DNA of 64,000 nt from a candidate division WOR-3 bacterium. GTDB lineage: Bacteria; Hydrothermota; Hydrothermia; Hydrothermales; JAJRUZ01. Below, piece after piece: positions 38,490 through 47,856 of this stretch. Under the pieces are notes generated by a model that made no database searches, was not told where the DNA came from, and worked only from the letters and a program-made list of their open reading frames with translations. The translations under genes and the position numbers were made by a program. Positions within the stretch are counted from its first letter, which is position 1. The number at the start of each line of letters is the position of its first letter. The stretch is taken from NCBI GenBank assembly GCA_039803925.1, contig JBDRZL010000003.1, positions 67,855 through 131,854 on the forward strand. Direction: 5' to 3'.

Positions 38490-41423
38490 ATGAGGAGTCT
38501 CATTTTAGCCCTTTTAGTAGCAGGGCTTATAGCTGGCGAAGGTGTTACAGTAAAAACAGGTTCTTTACCTACCTCTAAAAAAGATGAACTTTTAAAAGCA
38601 GGTGCCTCTCTACTTCAAAATGGAAAACCTTCAGAGGTTTATAAAAATCTTTTAAAGATTCCTCTATGGGATGTTGTTGATTCCTTCCCTGCTCCAGGTT
38701 TATATCACATGGGTCTTGGATTTGATGGGACTTACCTTTATAATGTTTCAAATGCAACTACCCCTGTTATAGTTTATGTTATTGATCCCTCAACCGGTAA
38801 TGTGGTTAATCAGTGGCAACTTTCAAGTAGCGGTTATTGTCTTGGAATCACATATTTTCAGGGTTATTTATGGATAGCTGATTATAGCTATGGATACATA
38901 TATAAATACCAGACAAATGGAACCTATGTTCAAACATATTCTTCACCTGTTGGATCATATATAAGGGGTCTTACAAATGATAATAATTATTTATGGCTTG
39001 CAAGTGTTGGTGGTGGGGTTGGATTAGGCTCTCTTGTTCAATGGGATCCTTCCAACAATCAGATTATTAGAACTGTAAGTGTTGGAAGCATTATTGATTG
39101 GCCAATGGATATAAGTTATGATTCAAGAACAGGAAATATGTGGGTTAATGATGATAATGGAGCTTCTGCTGAGATAAATGAGGTTGATATTTCAGGCTCA
39201 AACGGTGTAATTGTGGCTCAGTATGCTCCACCCGGGGGTTACGGTCTTATTCCAGAGGGTATAGTTTTTGATGGTGGCACTTATATATACTATACTGCCT
39301 TTTATGCCTCTTATATATGGAAAATATTGGCAGCCACTTTCAATAACGATGTCAGCACCTATCAAATAATATCACCTTCCTCAACTACTCTGCCCTATAC
39401 TCCTACTGATATTAAAGCTATAGTTAAAAATATAGGTCAAACAAATGCAGGTAGTTTTAATGTTTATTGTGTTGTTGAATCTCTCGGTGTCCAGGTTTAC
39501 TCTTCATCTCAAACAATACCTTCTCTTTCTGCTGGAGCATCTGATACTATTACTTTTTCTCCACAGTGGACACCATCAGAATTTACTTATGAGATAATTG
39601 TATGGCACGATTATGCTGATGATTTTGCCGGGGATGACACTTTGACAAAACAAGTTAAAGCTTCTTCAGGTGAATGGATATGTTATAATGATGGAGTGAT
39701 GGCAAATGCTTGGGCATTTTATGCTGCTGGTAATGCATGGGGACACAGAATTTCCCCAGCAACATATCCTTATTATGTAGATACAGTTAAAGTTTATATT
39801 CTATCAGAAGGAGACCCTTACTGGCCATGGCCTGATGCAACCCATCAGAATTTCCAGATTTCTGTATTTGATGAAAATGCAGGTTATCCTGGAAATGAAA
39901 TTTTTGTTGATACCGTGAATGTTACAACAGACTCACTTGACCCTTCAGGCTCAAGGTCCTGGGTTTATGCTTTTCCAAAAGTAAAGATTAATTCAGGAGA
40001 TTTCTGGATAGGTCATGTTCAGCTTTATCCTTATCCTGGAACAGAGGGTCAGGGTGTGGATGCTTCTCTTAATTATCCATCAAGAACTTGGGCAAGAATT
40101 GGAGGAACCTGGCAGCAGTATGCACTTTCTGGAGATCTTATGATGTGTGCCTTTGTAAGATATCCTTATGCACATGATGTTGGAGTATTTAGTATTGAAA
40201 AACCAAAACCCTTTGCTCCTGCCTATTCTTCAATTCAGATTCAGGCCAAGATAGTTAATGAAGGATTAAATACAGAAAGTTTTAATGTGGAAGCCAAAAT
40301 AGACTCTGCTGGTTTTACTGTATATGCTGATACTGTTCCTGTAAATAACTTAATCAGTGACGACACTGTGCTTGTAAGTTTTGCTCCTTTCACTACTGGT
40401 GCTAATAACCTCAATTATACTCTCACTATAAAAACCCTTCTTCCAACTGATGTAAAACCTACAAATAATTTTAAGTCTCTTTCCTTTACAACAGTGGAAG
40501 TTCCAAGATTTATTACTGTTCCTGTTTCTCAGGTTATGCCAATTATTGATGGATTTATTGATACTTTGAGTGAATGGAATGATGCTATAAAACTTGATGC
40601 CTCAGATGTATTTCAGATGCATGGATTACTTAATCCCCCTGGTTCTGCTTTCATTTATTTAAAATACGATGGTGATTATCTCTATGCAGCTGTGAGAGCT
40701 CCCTTTGATATGACAAGAACTCAATTTGATAGAATATTCCTTTATTTTGATGATAATAACGATGGTCAATTTCCTCCTCCAGGTATTAAAAAAGAAGGTA
40801 GAGTTGCCCTCTATTATACTTCAATTCTTGATATAGCAGCTTTCACACCTATTTTTGTAGATAGAACACTTGGACAGACAAAAAGCGTTGGATTCCCTTG
40901 TGCTTCTGCTATGCCTCTTGGTTACGAACAGTATGAAATTGCTATCCCTTTTGGGTCCCTTGATGAGGAGCTGGATGTTTCTTTCCCTGACACTGTTGGA
41001 TTTTTCTTCCAAGTAGGTGATACTTTTGCTAATAAAATAGAATATGGAGGATGGTTCCCTCAGGATAATGATAGCATAAGGGTCCCGTCCTATTATACAA
41101 AACTTATTTTCCCTGTTGTTGCTGTCAAAGAAGGTAAAAAGCCAATTAATATAAAAGAAAGACTTGAACTTGCTCTTAATATTCCCAATTCAATTTCTAA
41201 AAATCCTGAAATTAATTTTACAATTCCATATGCTTCCCCTGTGAAGATAAATCTTTACAATGTAAATGGTGTAAAAGTTGCAAATCTAATTGATAACAAA
41301 TTTATGACACCAGGTAAATATAGTGTAAAGATTGATAGAGACAAACTTTCTTCAGGTGTATACTTCATAAGACTTGAAACAAATACAAAAGATATCACAA
41401 AGAAACTTGTATTTGTGAAATAA
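38490..41423 (+). CDS. Large secreted multi-domain protein (repeat N-terminal region, CARDB/Ig-like domains, CBM9/DOMON-like region) with a T9SS-type C-terminal domain.
   Basis: Signal peptide MRSLILALLVAGLIAG. C-terminus INFTIPYASPVKINLYNVNGVKVANLID...GVYFIRLETNTKDITKKLVFVK fits the Por_Secre_tail pattern. RBS AAGGAGG. Confidence 0.6.
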   Translation: MRSLILALLVAGLIAGEGVTVKTGSLPTSKKDELLKAGASLLQNGKPSEVYKNLLKIPLWDVVDSFPAPGLYHMGLGFDGTYLYNVSNATTPVIVYVIDPSTGNVVNQWQLSSSGYCLGITYFQGYLWIADYSYGYIYKYQTNGTYVQTYSSPVGSYIRGLTNDNNYLWLASVGGGVGLGSLVQWDPSNNQIIRTVSVGSIIDWPMDISYDSRTGNMWVNDDNGASAEINEVDISGSNGVIVAQYAPPGGYGLIPEGIVFDGGTYIYYTAFYASYIWKILAATFNNDVSTYQIISPSSTTLPYTPTDIKAIVKNIGQTNAGSFNVYCVVESLGVQVYSSSQTIPSLSAGASDTITFSPQWTPSEFTYEIIVWHDYADDFAGDDTLTKQVKASSGEWICYNDGVMANAWAFYAAGNAWGHRISPATYPYYVDTVKVYILSEGDPYWPWPDATHQNFQISVFDENAGYPGNEIFVDTVNVTTDSLDPSGSRSWVYAFPKVKINSGDFWIGHVQLYPYPGTEGQGVDASLNYPSRTWARIGGTWQQYALSGDLMMCAFVRYPYAHDVGVFSIEKPKPFAPAYSSIQIQAKIVNEGLNTESFNVEAKIDSAGFTVYADTVPVNNLISDDTVLVSFAPFTTGANNLNYTLTIKTLLPTDVKPTNNFKSLSFTTVEVPRFITVPVSQVMPIIDGFIDTLSEWNDAIKLDASDVFQMHGLLNPPGSAFIYLKYDGDYLYAAVRAPFDMTRTQFDRIFLYFDDNNDGQFPPPGIKKEGRVALYYTSILDIAAFTPIFVDRTLGQTKSVGFPCASAMPLGYEQYEIAIPFGSLDEELDVSFPDTVGFFFQVGDTFANKIEYGGWFPQDNDSIRVPSYYTKLIFPVVAVKEGKKPINIKERLELALNIPNSISKNPEINFTIPYASPVKINLYNVNGVKVANLIDNKFMTPGKYSVKIDRDKLSSGVYFIRLETNTKDITKKLVFVK

Positions 41424-41428
41424 TTCAT

Positions 41429-41456
41429 AAAGGGGGGAACTATCCCCCCTTTTTTA
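41429..41456 (+). terminator. Rho-independent terminator (AAAGGGGGG-aactat-CCCCCCTTTTTT).
   Basis: 6 G:C pairs with A/T flanks that extend the stem, followed by TTTTTTATTT. Starts 6 nt after the stop codon. Confidence 0.65.
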
Positions 41457-42356
41457 TTTATCCTTATAGATTTTTGTATTGTACTTTTTTAATAAATTTT
41501 CTTTTATTTTATCTTTTTTTTCTTTAAATTTTTCCATTTTTAAAGCCTTTTCTATATAACTCTTTGCATCTTCAAAGGTTTTATTTTCTGCTTTGAATTT
41601 ATCTAAGTGTTTATTATAATAATTTTTAATATCTTCTTCTTTTATATTTATTGTATCAGCAATCTTTTTAAAATATAACTTTATTAAATTTTCCTCTTTT
41701 AAATTTTTTAATTCCTTATTATATTCATAATCCCAAAAAAGTCCTTCTTTTAAGGATTCAATTAAAATTATTTTTTTTAATAATAAATCTTCAATAACTT
41801 TTTTTTCTTCCTCTTTATTTTTAGGTTTTTTATAAGGTGGTAAATTCTTTACATAATTTTCATATTCCAATTTTGTTAATTTTATATTTTCAGCTTCTGC
41901 AACATATTCTTTTAACCTTTTTTCAAAAATTTTATCTATCTCCTTTTCTGCAATTTCTTTCAAAATACTTTCTTTGTAATCTATTAAAATTTTTTGAAAG
42001 TACTTTAAGGCACTGTCTGTTTCACCTATATTTTCAAATGTTAATCCCAGTTTATAAAAAATAGAATCTCTATTTCCTTTTTCTCTTATCTTATTTAAAG
42101 TTTTTAAATAATTTATTGCCAGATTATAATCGCCTGTAAAATAAGCTATATCAATAATTTTTGAGATAATTTTTTCTTTTTCTTCCTTCGAAAGGGATTT
42201 TTGTAAGGCTTTTTCACATAAGACAATTGCCTTTTTAAATTCAAAAGATGCAAAAAGAGAATCAGCCTTTTTAAGTATAGAAACTTCTGTTTTTAAGAAA
42301 ATTAGATAAATTATTAGAATCATACTAATAATTTTAAAAGAAAATGTGAAATTCAT
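41454..42356 (-). CDS. Hypothetical Lys-rich protein with an N-terminal membrane anchor and TPR-like helical repeats.
   Basis: Hydrophobic segment ISMILIIYLIFL followed by helical-repeat-like sequence. No firm family assignment. Confidence 0.35.
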   Translation of the reverse strand: MNFTFSFKIISMILIIYLIFLKTEVSILKKADSLFASFEFKKAIVLCEKALQKSLSKEEKEKIISKIIDIAYFTGDYNLAINYLKTLNKIREKGNRDSIFYKLGLTFENIGETDSALKYFQKILIDYKESILKEIAEKEIDKIFEKRLKEYVAEAENIKLTKLEYENYVKNLPPYKKPKNKEEEKKVIEDLLLKKIILIESLKEGLFWDYEYNKELKNLKEENLIKLYFKKIADTINIKEEDIKNYYNKHLDKFKAENKTFEDAKSYIEKALKMEKFKEKKDKIKENLLKKYNTKIYKDK

Positions 42357-42413
42357 TCTATATTAATTATGAGTTTATTTTTAATTTTTTATTTTTTTGT
42401 TTTAAAATAGATT

Positions 42414-43340
42414 ATGGAAAATTATAAAATATTAATAACTGATAAAATTCATGAAGAAGGGAAAAATTATTTAATTTCAAAAGGATTTGAAGTTAAAGAA
42501 ATATTAAATCTTTCTGAAGAAGAACTGGTAAAATTAATTAAAGATTTTCATGTTCTTATTGTTAGAAGTGCTACAAAGGTAACAAAAAAGATTATTGAAA
42601 ATGCTTCTAATCTTAAAATAATTGGAAGAGCTGGTGTTGGCCTGGATAATATAGATGTTAAAGCTGCAGAGGAAAGAGGAATAAAAGTTATAAACTCACC
42701 CGAAGCCTCCTCAGTTGCTGTTGCTGAGCTTACAATACTCTTTATACTTTCTGCTCTAAGAAGTTTTCCTCATGCCCATATTTCAATGAAAGAAGGTAAA
42801 TGGGAAAAATCTAAATTTATGGGATTAGAATTAAAAGGAAAAAAAGTTGGAATTATCGGATACGGAAGAATCGGTAAGGAAGTTGCAAAAAGATTAAAAT
42901 GTTTTGAAACTGAAATATTAGTTTATGATCCTTTTATAAATGGAAACAAAAATGAAAATTTTGTTCAAACTCTTGAAGAAATTTTTTCAAATTGCGATAT
43001 TATTACTATTCATACTCCTCTCACAGAAGAAACTAAATACATGATAAATAAAAAAATTCTTGAGAAAGCTAAAAGAGGGATAATAATAGTTAACTGTGCA
43101 AGAGGAGGTATAATTAATGAAAAGGATCTTTTATGGGCTTTAAATGAAGGAATAGTTTCCTATGCTTGTCTTGATGTTTATGAAAATGAACCCCCTAAAA
43201 ATTTTGAACTTTTAAATCATCCAAATGTAATATTAACACCTCATATTGGAGCTCAAACTTCAGAGGCTCAAAGTAAGGCAAGTTTAATTCTTGCTGAAAA
43301 AATTTATAAAGAACTTATTGAGTTTTCTTCAAAAGTTTAA
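42414..43340 (+). CDS. D-isomer-specific 2-hydroxyacid dehydrogenase (short SerA-like phosphoglycerate dehydrogenase without an ACT domain).
   Basis: GRAGVGLDNIDVKAA, the NAD-binding GIIGYGRIGKEVA block, and the catalytic HIGAQT block. Confidence 0.8.
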   Translation: MENYKILITDKIHEEGKNYLISKGFEVKEILNLSEEELVKLIKDFHVLIVRSATKVTKKIIENASNLKIIGRAGVGLDNIDVKAAEERGIKVINSPEASSVAVAELTILFILSALRSFPHAHISMKEGKWEKSKFMGLELKGKKVGIIGYGRIGKEVAKRLKCFETEILVYDPFINGNKNENFVQTLEEIFSNCDIITIHTPLTEETKYMINKKILEKAKRGIIIVNCARGGIINEKDLLWALNEGIVSYACLDVYENEPPKNFELLNHPNVILTPHIGAQTSEAQSKASLILAEKIYKELIEFSSKV

Positions 43341-44385
43341 AGCAGTTTTTTTTGAAGATAAAGTAAGAGAAAAAATTAAGATAAGATTAGAGAATTATTT
43401 TTCTTTTCTTGAAGAGAAAGATTTTCTAAAAAATCACCCTTTTTATGAATTTGTTAAAAAAGTTAATGAGGATGGCTTTAAATATATAGAAAGTCTCTTT
43501 AAAAGGGAAATTCTTAAAATGGATGAAAAAGAGAATTTTTATGTTTATGAGCAAGAGTTTAAAATATTTGAAAAAAATTATTTGAGAAAGGGTCTTTTAT
43601 GTAGCTTCAATATGGATTATGAAAATAAAATTTTTCCCCACGAACAAATTTTTGATTTTGCGGCAGAAATTCACAAGGATTTCTATGAGAAATCAAAATT
43701 AAATTTTGAGCCTGTTCTTCTTTTATATAAAGGTGAAAAGATAAATAATTTTATTGAAAAAGAAGAATTTCTTTTTGAAACTCAAGATGAATATGGTGAA
43801 ATACATAGAATAAAAAGGTGTGATTTAAGAAAAGATTTTTTTGATATAATAAATAAAAGTGAACTTGTTATTGCTGATGGGCATCACAGATTTGAAGCAA
43901 TTAGAAAATCTAAATTTAAAAAGAGACTAACCCTTATATTTTCTATTGAGGATGAAAATTTAAAAGTTTTACCAACACACAGGGGCGCATTTATTAATAA
44001 AAAATATCTTGAGCATCTTATAAATAAATCTACAAAAATTGAAGAATCAGAATTTGAAAATTTCCTAAAAAATTTAAAAAATCCCTATCTAATTTTTTTT
44101 AATGGTCATAATTTCTATTTACTAAAGGGAGAAAAAAATCTTTCAGTAGAGTATCTTCATAATGATATTCTTAAAGATAATAAAGAAAAAATTGGATTTT
44201 ATAGGGATTATAAAAGTTTAGTTAATGATGTTAAATTAAAAAAATTTAATGTTGCCTTTTTCTTGCCTCCAATAACACCTGAGATCGTTTTTGAATACGC
44301 AATTAAAAAAATTAAATTTCCTCCAAAATCAACAGATTTTTATCCAAAAACACTATGTGGTTTTATTGGGCTCAAACTTGTATAG
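43291..44385 (+). CDS. DUF1015-family protein.
   Basis: The ADGHHRFEAI motif is diagnostic of DUF1015, which is commonly linked to serA. Confidence 0.65.
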   Translation: MLKKFIKNLLSFLQKFKAVFFEDKVREKIKIRLENYFSFLEEKDFLKNHPFYEFVKKVNEDGFKYIESLFKREILKMDEKENFYVYEQEFKIFEKNYLRKGLLCSFNMDYENKIFPHEQIFDFAAEIHKDFYEKSKLNFEPVLLLYKGEKINNFIEKEEFLFETQDEYGEIHRIKRCDLRKDFFDIINKSELVIADGHHRFEAIRKSKFKKRLTLIFSIEDENLKVLPTHRGAFINKKYLEHLINKSTKIEESEFENFLKNLKNPYLIFFNGHNFYLLKGEKNLSVEYLHNDILKDNKEKIGFYRDYKSLVNDVKLKKFNVAFFLPPITPEIVFEYAIKKIKFPPKSTDFYPKTLCGFIGLKLV

Positions 44386-44424
44386 TTTTTTGAAATTTTA
44401 AAAACAAGGTTATAAAATAATATC

Positions 44425-47079
44425 ATGAAAATAATAATTTTTATTTTTATCCTTTTATCAAACTGTTTATATATTCATCATTATCAGCATCTTCCAAAAC
44501 CAGAAGAAAAAAAGGAAATTAAAGAAAAAGGTCCCTTTAAACCCTGGGATGAAGTTCTTAAGGATACAAAACTTGAGGAAGGATTTTTAAAGATTTATAT
44601 AAAAAGGGATAACACATTATACCTTGAACTCTCTCCTTCAGATTTTGAAAAGGATTTTGGTCTTATCATGCACCTTTCCTTTGGTCTTGGAGATTTAAAT
44701 ATAATTGAAGGTCTCCCTTTAAGTGATACAAGGCTTTTAAGATTTAGAAGAATCGGAGACAAAGTTTATTTAATTCATAGAAATGCAAAATTCAGAGCTG
44801 AAAGAGAAGAATTCAAACATTTTCTTGAGGAAAATGTTGGACACTCAGTTTTAGCCTCATTTAAAATAGAAAGTGAAAATGAAAAAACTAAAAATGTTTT
44901 GATTAATATAACAGATTTTTTAGTTTCCGATTACCCTGATCTTTCAAGATATCTTAAATATTATTATAGAAATAAACCTTTAAGGTTTGATAAAAATAAT
45001 AGCACAGTTTATAAAGTAAAGAATTTTCCTGAAAACACTGAAATAGATGTTTTCTTGAATTACGAAACATCTGATACTCCCATTTCTGGAGGAGAAGGTA
45101 TTTCAGATTACAGATATTTAACTATAGGCGTTAGATTTTCCTTCTATAAATTACCTGAAAAACCCATGAGAATAAGATTGGCTGATGAAAGGATGGGTTA
45201 CTTTTTAGAAGCTTTTATGGATTTTGATAGAGAAAAAGAAGAATCGCCCTTTTTAAGAATAATTAATAGATGGAGACTTGAAAAAAAGGACAATTCAAAG
45301 GAAATATCAGAACCTGTAAAGCCAATTGTGTTTTATCTTGATAAAAGTATACCTCAGGAATATAAGAAATATGTTAAGGAAGGAATTTTGGCTTGGAATG
45401 AGGCTTTTGAAGAAGCAGGCTTTAAGGACGCAATAGTTGTCAAAGATGCCCCTGATGATCCAAACTGGGACTCTGAAGATATAAGATATTCAACAGTAAG
45501 ATGGATTTCTGCAAGAGAAATGGGCTATGCGATAGGACCCTCACAGGTAGATCCAAGAACAGGTGAGATATTGAATGCAGATATTTTGATTTCAAGTAGT
45601 TTTGTAAGAGGTTGGCTTTTTGATTACGAGGAACTTATTGAACCTTTAAAAAATCAAAAGGAAATAGAAAGATTTACTAATGCTTTGCCAGAAGATTTGA
45701 AAAAAAGAATTTGTTTATATGAATATGGCTTAAAACAACAAATAGGTTTTCAATATGCTGTTCTAAAAACTTTAGGTTTAATAAAAGAAGATAGAGAATT
45801 TCCAGAAAAATTTATTGGTGATGCGATTAGAGAACTTGTAATGCATGAAGTAGGACACACCCTTGGTTTGAGGCATAATTTTAAAGCCTCTTCCAGCATA
45901 CCCTTTGAAAAATTGAATGATACATCCTTTACCCATAAATATGGCCTTTCCTTATCAGTTATGGATTATAATCCTGTTAATATTTCTTTGGATAGAAAAA
46001 AACAGGGAGATTTCTGGAACAAAAAAGTTGGAGAATACGATAAATGGGTTATAAAGTATGGATATGCTCCATGCTACAAACAGAAAGAAGATGGTCCTTT
46101 TCCTATGAAAGGAGAGCTCATTGAGGATCCAGTAGAAGAATTTAAATATTTAAAAAAGATAGCAAGAGAGAATACTTTACCCTTTTATGCTTATGGAACA
46201 GATGAAGATGCAAGTTTTTATTATGGTGTTGACCCTCTTACTTCTACATGGGATCTTTCAGATAATCTTTTAAAATACGCAGAAGAAAGAGCCTTTATAA
46301 CGAAAAATGTGTTACCAAAACTTGAAGATGTGCTGATTCAGGAGGATGAAAGTTATCTCAGATTAAGGAACGCATTTGTAAGGGTAAATTATGAAAAGTA
46401 TATAGCATCTTTACCACTTATTAAATTCATTGGAGGAGTCCATTTTAACAGATTTCATAAAGGATATGAAAAACCTCCTCTTGAACCAGTTCCTTCTGAA
46501 AATCAAAGAAAAGCAATAAATTTTCTCCTTAAAAATTTCTTTTTACAGAATTCTTTCAATTTTGATGAAAATTTATTGAATAAACTGGCTCCTAACAGAT
46601 GGGCACATTGGGGAATGTGGAATTCCTTTTATCCTACAGATTTTCCAGTTCACGATTTTGTTTTGTTCCTTCAAAAAAGTATCTTAGAATTTTTATTTTA
46701 TCCTGAAAGATTAAAGAGAGTTATTGATAATGTTGTGAGAACTAAAGACAAAAATCCCTTTACTTTAAGCGAACTATTTGAAAATGTAACAAATTCAATT
46801 TTTGAAGAGGTTTTAAAGGATGAAATTATTATTATAAACTCTTTCAGAAGGAATCTTCAAAGGGCGTATGTGGAAAAACTTGGAGAAGTTCTTTTAAGTG
46901 AAAAATATCCAAACGATGCAAAATCCCTTTCAAGATATGAATTGACTAAGGTAAAAGATAAAATTGAAAAAAAGATTGATAAAATAGAAGACCTTGATAC
47001 AAAAGCACACCTTATAGAACTTAAAGAGAAAATTAAAAAGTTTCTTGAAAGTTCTTTAACTATAGAGGTTAAATATTAG
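44425..47079 (+). CDS. Secreted, possibly lipoprotein, zinc metalloprotease of the metzincin type.
   Basis: HEVGHTLGLRHNF is the HExxHxxGxxH motif. Signal peptide with a Cys (LLSNC). Confidence 0.7.
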   Translation: MKIIIFIFILLSNCLYIHHYQHLPKPEEKKEIKEKGPFKPWDEVLKDTKLEEGFLKIYIKRDNTLYLELSPSDFEKDFGLIMHLSFGLGDLNIIEGLPLSDTRLLRFRRIGDKVYLIHRNAKFRAEREEFKHFLEENVGHSVLASFKIESENEKTKNVLINITDFLVSDYPDLSRYLKYYYRNKPLRFDKNNSTVYKVKNFPENTEIDVFLNYETSDTPISGGEGISDYRYLTIGVRFSFYKLPEKPMRIRLADERMGYFLEAFMDFDREKEESPFLRIINRWRLEKKDNSKEISEPVKPIVFYLDKSIPQEYKKYVKEGILAWNEAFEEAGFKDAIVVKDAPDDPNWDSEDIRYSTVRWISAREMGYAIGPSQVDPRTGEILNADILISSSFVRGWLFDYEELIEPLKNQKEIERFTNALPEDLKKRICLYEYGLKQQIGFQYAVLKTLGLIKEDREFPEKFIGDAIRELVMHEVGHTLGLRHNFKASSSIPFEKLNDTSFTHKYGLSLSVMDYNPVNISLDRKKQGDFWNKKVGEYDKWVIKYGYAPCYKQKEDGPFPMKGELIEDPVEEFKYLKKIARENTLPFYAYGTDEDASFYYGVDPLTSTWDLSDNLLKYAEERAFITKNVLPKLEDVLIQEDESYLRLRNAFVRVNYEKYIASLPLIKFIGGVHFNRFHKGYEKPPLEPVPSENQRKAINFLLKNFFLQNSFNFDENLLNKLAPNRWAHWGMWNSFYPTDFPVHDFVLFLQKSILEFLFYPERLKRVIDNVVRTKDKNPFTLSELFENVTNSIFEEVLKDEIIIINSFRRNLQRAYVEKLGEVLLSEKYPNDAKSLSRYELTKVKDKIEKKIDKIEDLDTKAHLIELKEKIKKFLESSLTIEVKY

Positions 47080-47856
47080 TTAATAAAAACCTTCTCTAAC
47101 AGTGGCAATTTTAATATTAATAGAACTTCCCTTTTTCACCTTTGTTCCAGGTTTTGGATTTTGATCAATTATTTTATTTTCAGGATATTCTGCACTTATT
47201 TCTTTTTCTACTTCTCCTAATTTTAATCCTTCTTTTTCTAATATTTGGTTAGCTTGGTTCAGATACTTCCCAATAAGGTTTGGAACAATTACAAGTTCTT
47301 CTCCAGAAGAAATATAAATTGTAATTTTTGAACCCTTTGGAATTTCACTCCCTTGTTCTGGGTATGTTTTAACAACACGACCCTCAGGTATCTCAGAGTT
47401 TTTTACTTTTTCTATATCACCAATTAAAAATCCATAATCAATGAGAACCTTCTGTGCAGAAGCAAGGTCTAGACCTAAAACAGGGGGCACTTTAACAAAT
47501 TCTTCTTTTTTACCTTTTGCTATTTTTACATAAATAGGAGTTCCTTTTGAAACAATTGAACCTGCAAGTGGTCTTTGTTCTGCTATTACCCCCTCTGGAA
47601 CTTCAATTGTTTCTACTTCTCCTTCAATAACAAGTGATAAACCAAGTTGTGAGAGAACAAGTTTTGCTTGCTGGGGTAAGGTCCCCTTTAAATCAGGAAC
47701 CTCAATATTTTTTAATTCTTCAGTTTTTTCTGATACAGTACCTTTTTTTGCTTCAAGAGCAGGTTCAATTAAATAGTAGAAAGCAAAGTTAACTCCAATT
47801 GCCACAAAAAGTGAAGTTATAAGAGAAATTAAAAATGCTGTTCCCCTGTCAACCAT
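47080..47856 (-). CDS. Stand-alone PASTA-domain protein (N-terminal membrane anchor plus three PASTA repeats).
   Basis: Three ~65-aa repeats of the form VP(D/N)L.G........L...GL...I, which is the PASTA consensus. Single N-terminal transmembrane segment. Confidence 0.7.
   Translation of the reverse strand: MVDRGTAFLISLITSLFVAIGVNFAFYYLIEPALEAKKGTVSEKTEELKNIEVPDLKGTLPQQAKLVLSQLGLSLVIEGEVETIEVPEGVIAEQRPLAGSIVSKGTPIYVKIAKGKKEEFVKVPPVLGLDLASAQKVLIDYGFLIGDIEKVKNSEIPEGRVVKTYPEQGSEIPKGSKITIYISSGEELVIVPNLIGKYLNQANQILEKEGLKLGEVEKEISAEYPENKIIDQNPKPGTKVKKGSSINIKIATVREGFY

Noticed and set aside
42414-44385. The SerA-like dehydrogenase plus DUF1015 pair as a possible novel system.
   Set aside because: DUF1015 next to serA or serC is a widespread, previously noted association. 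It is not novel here.
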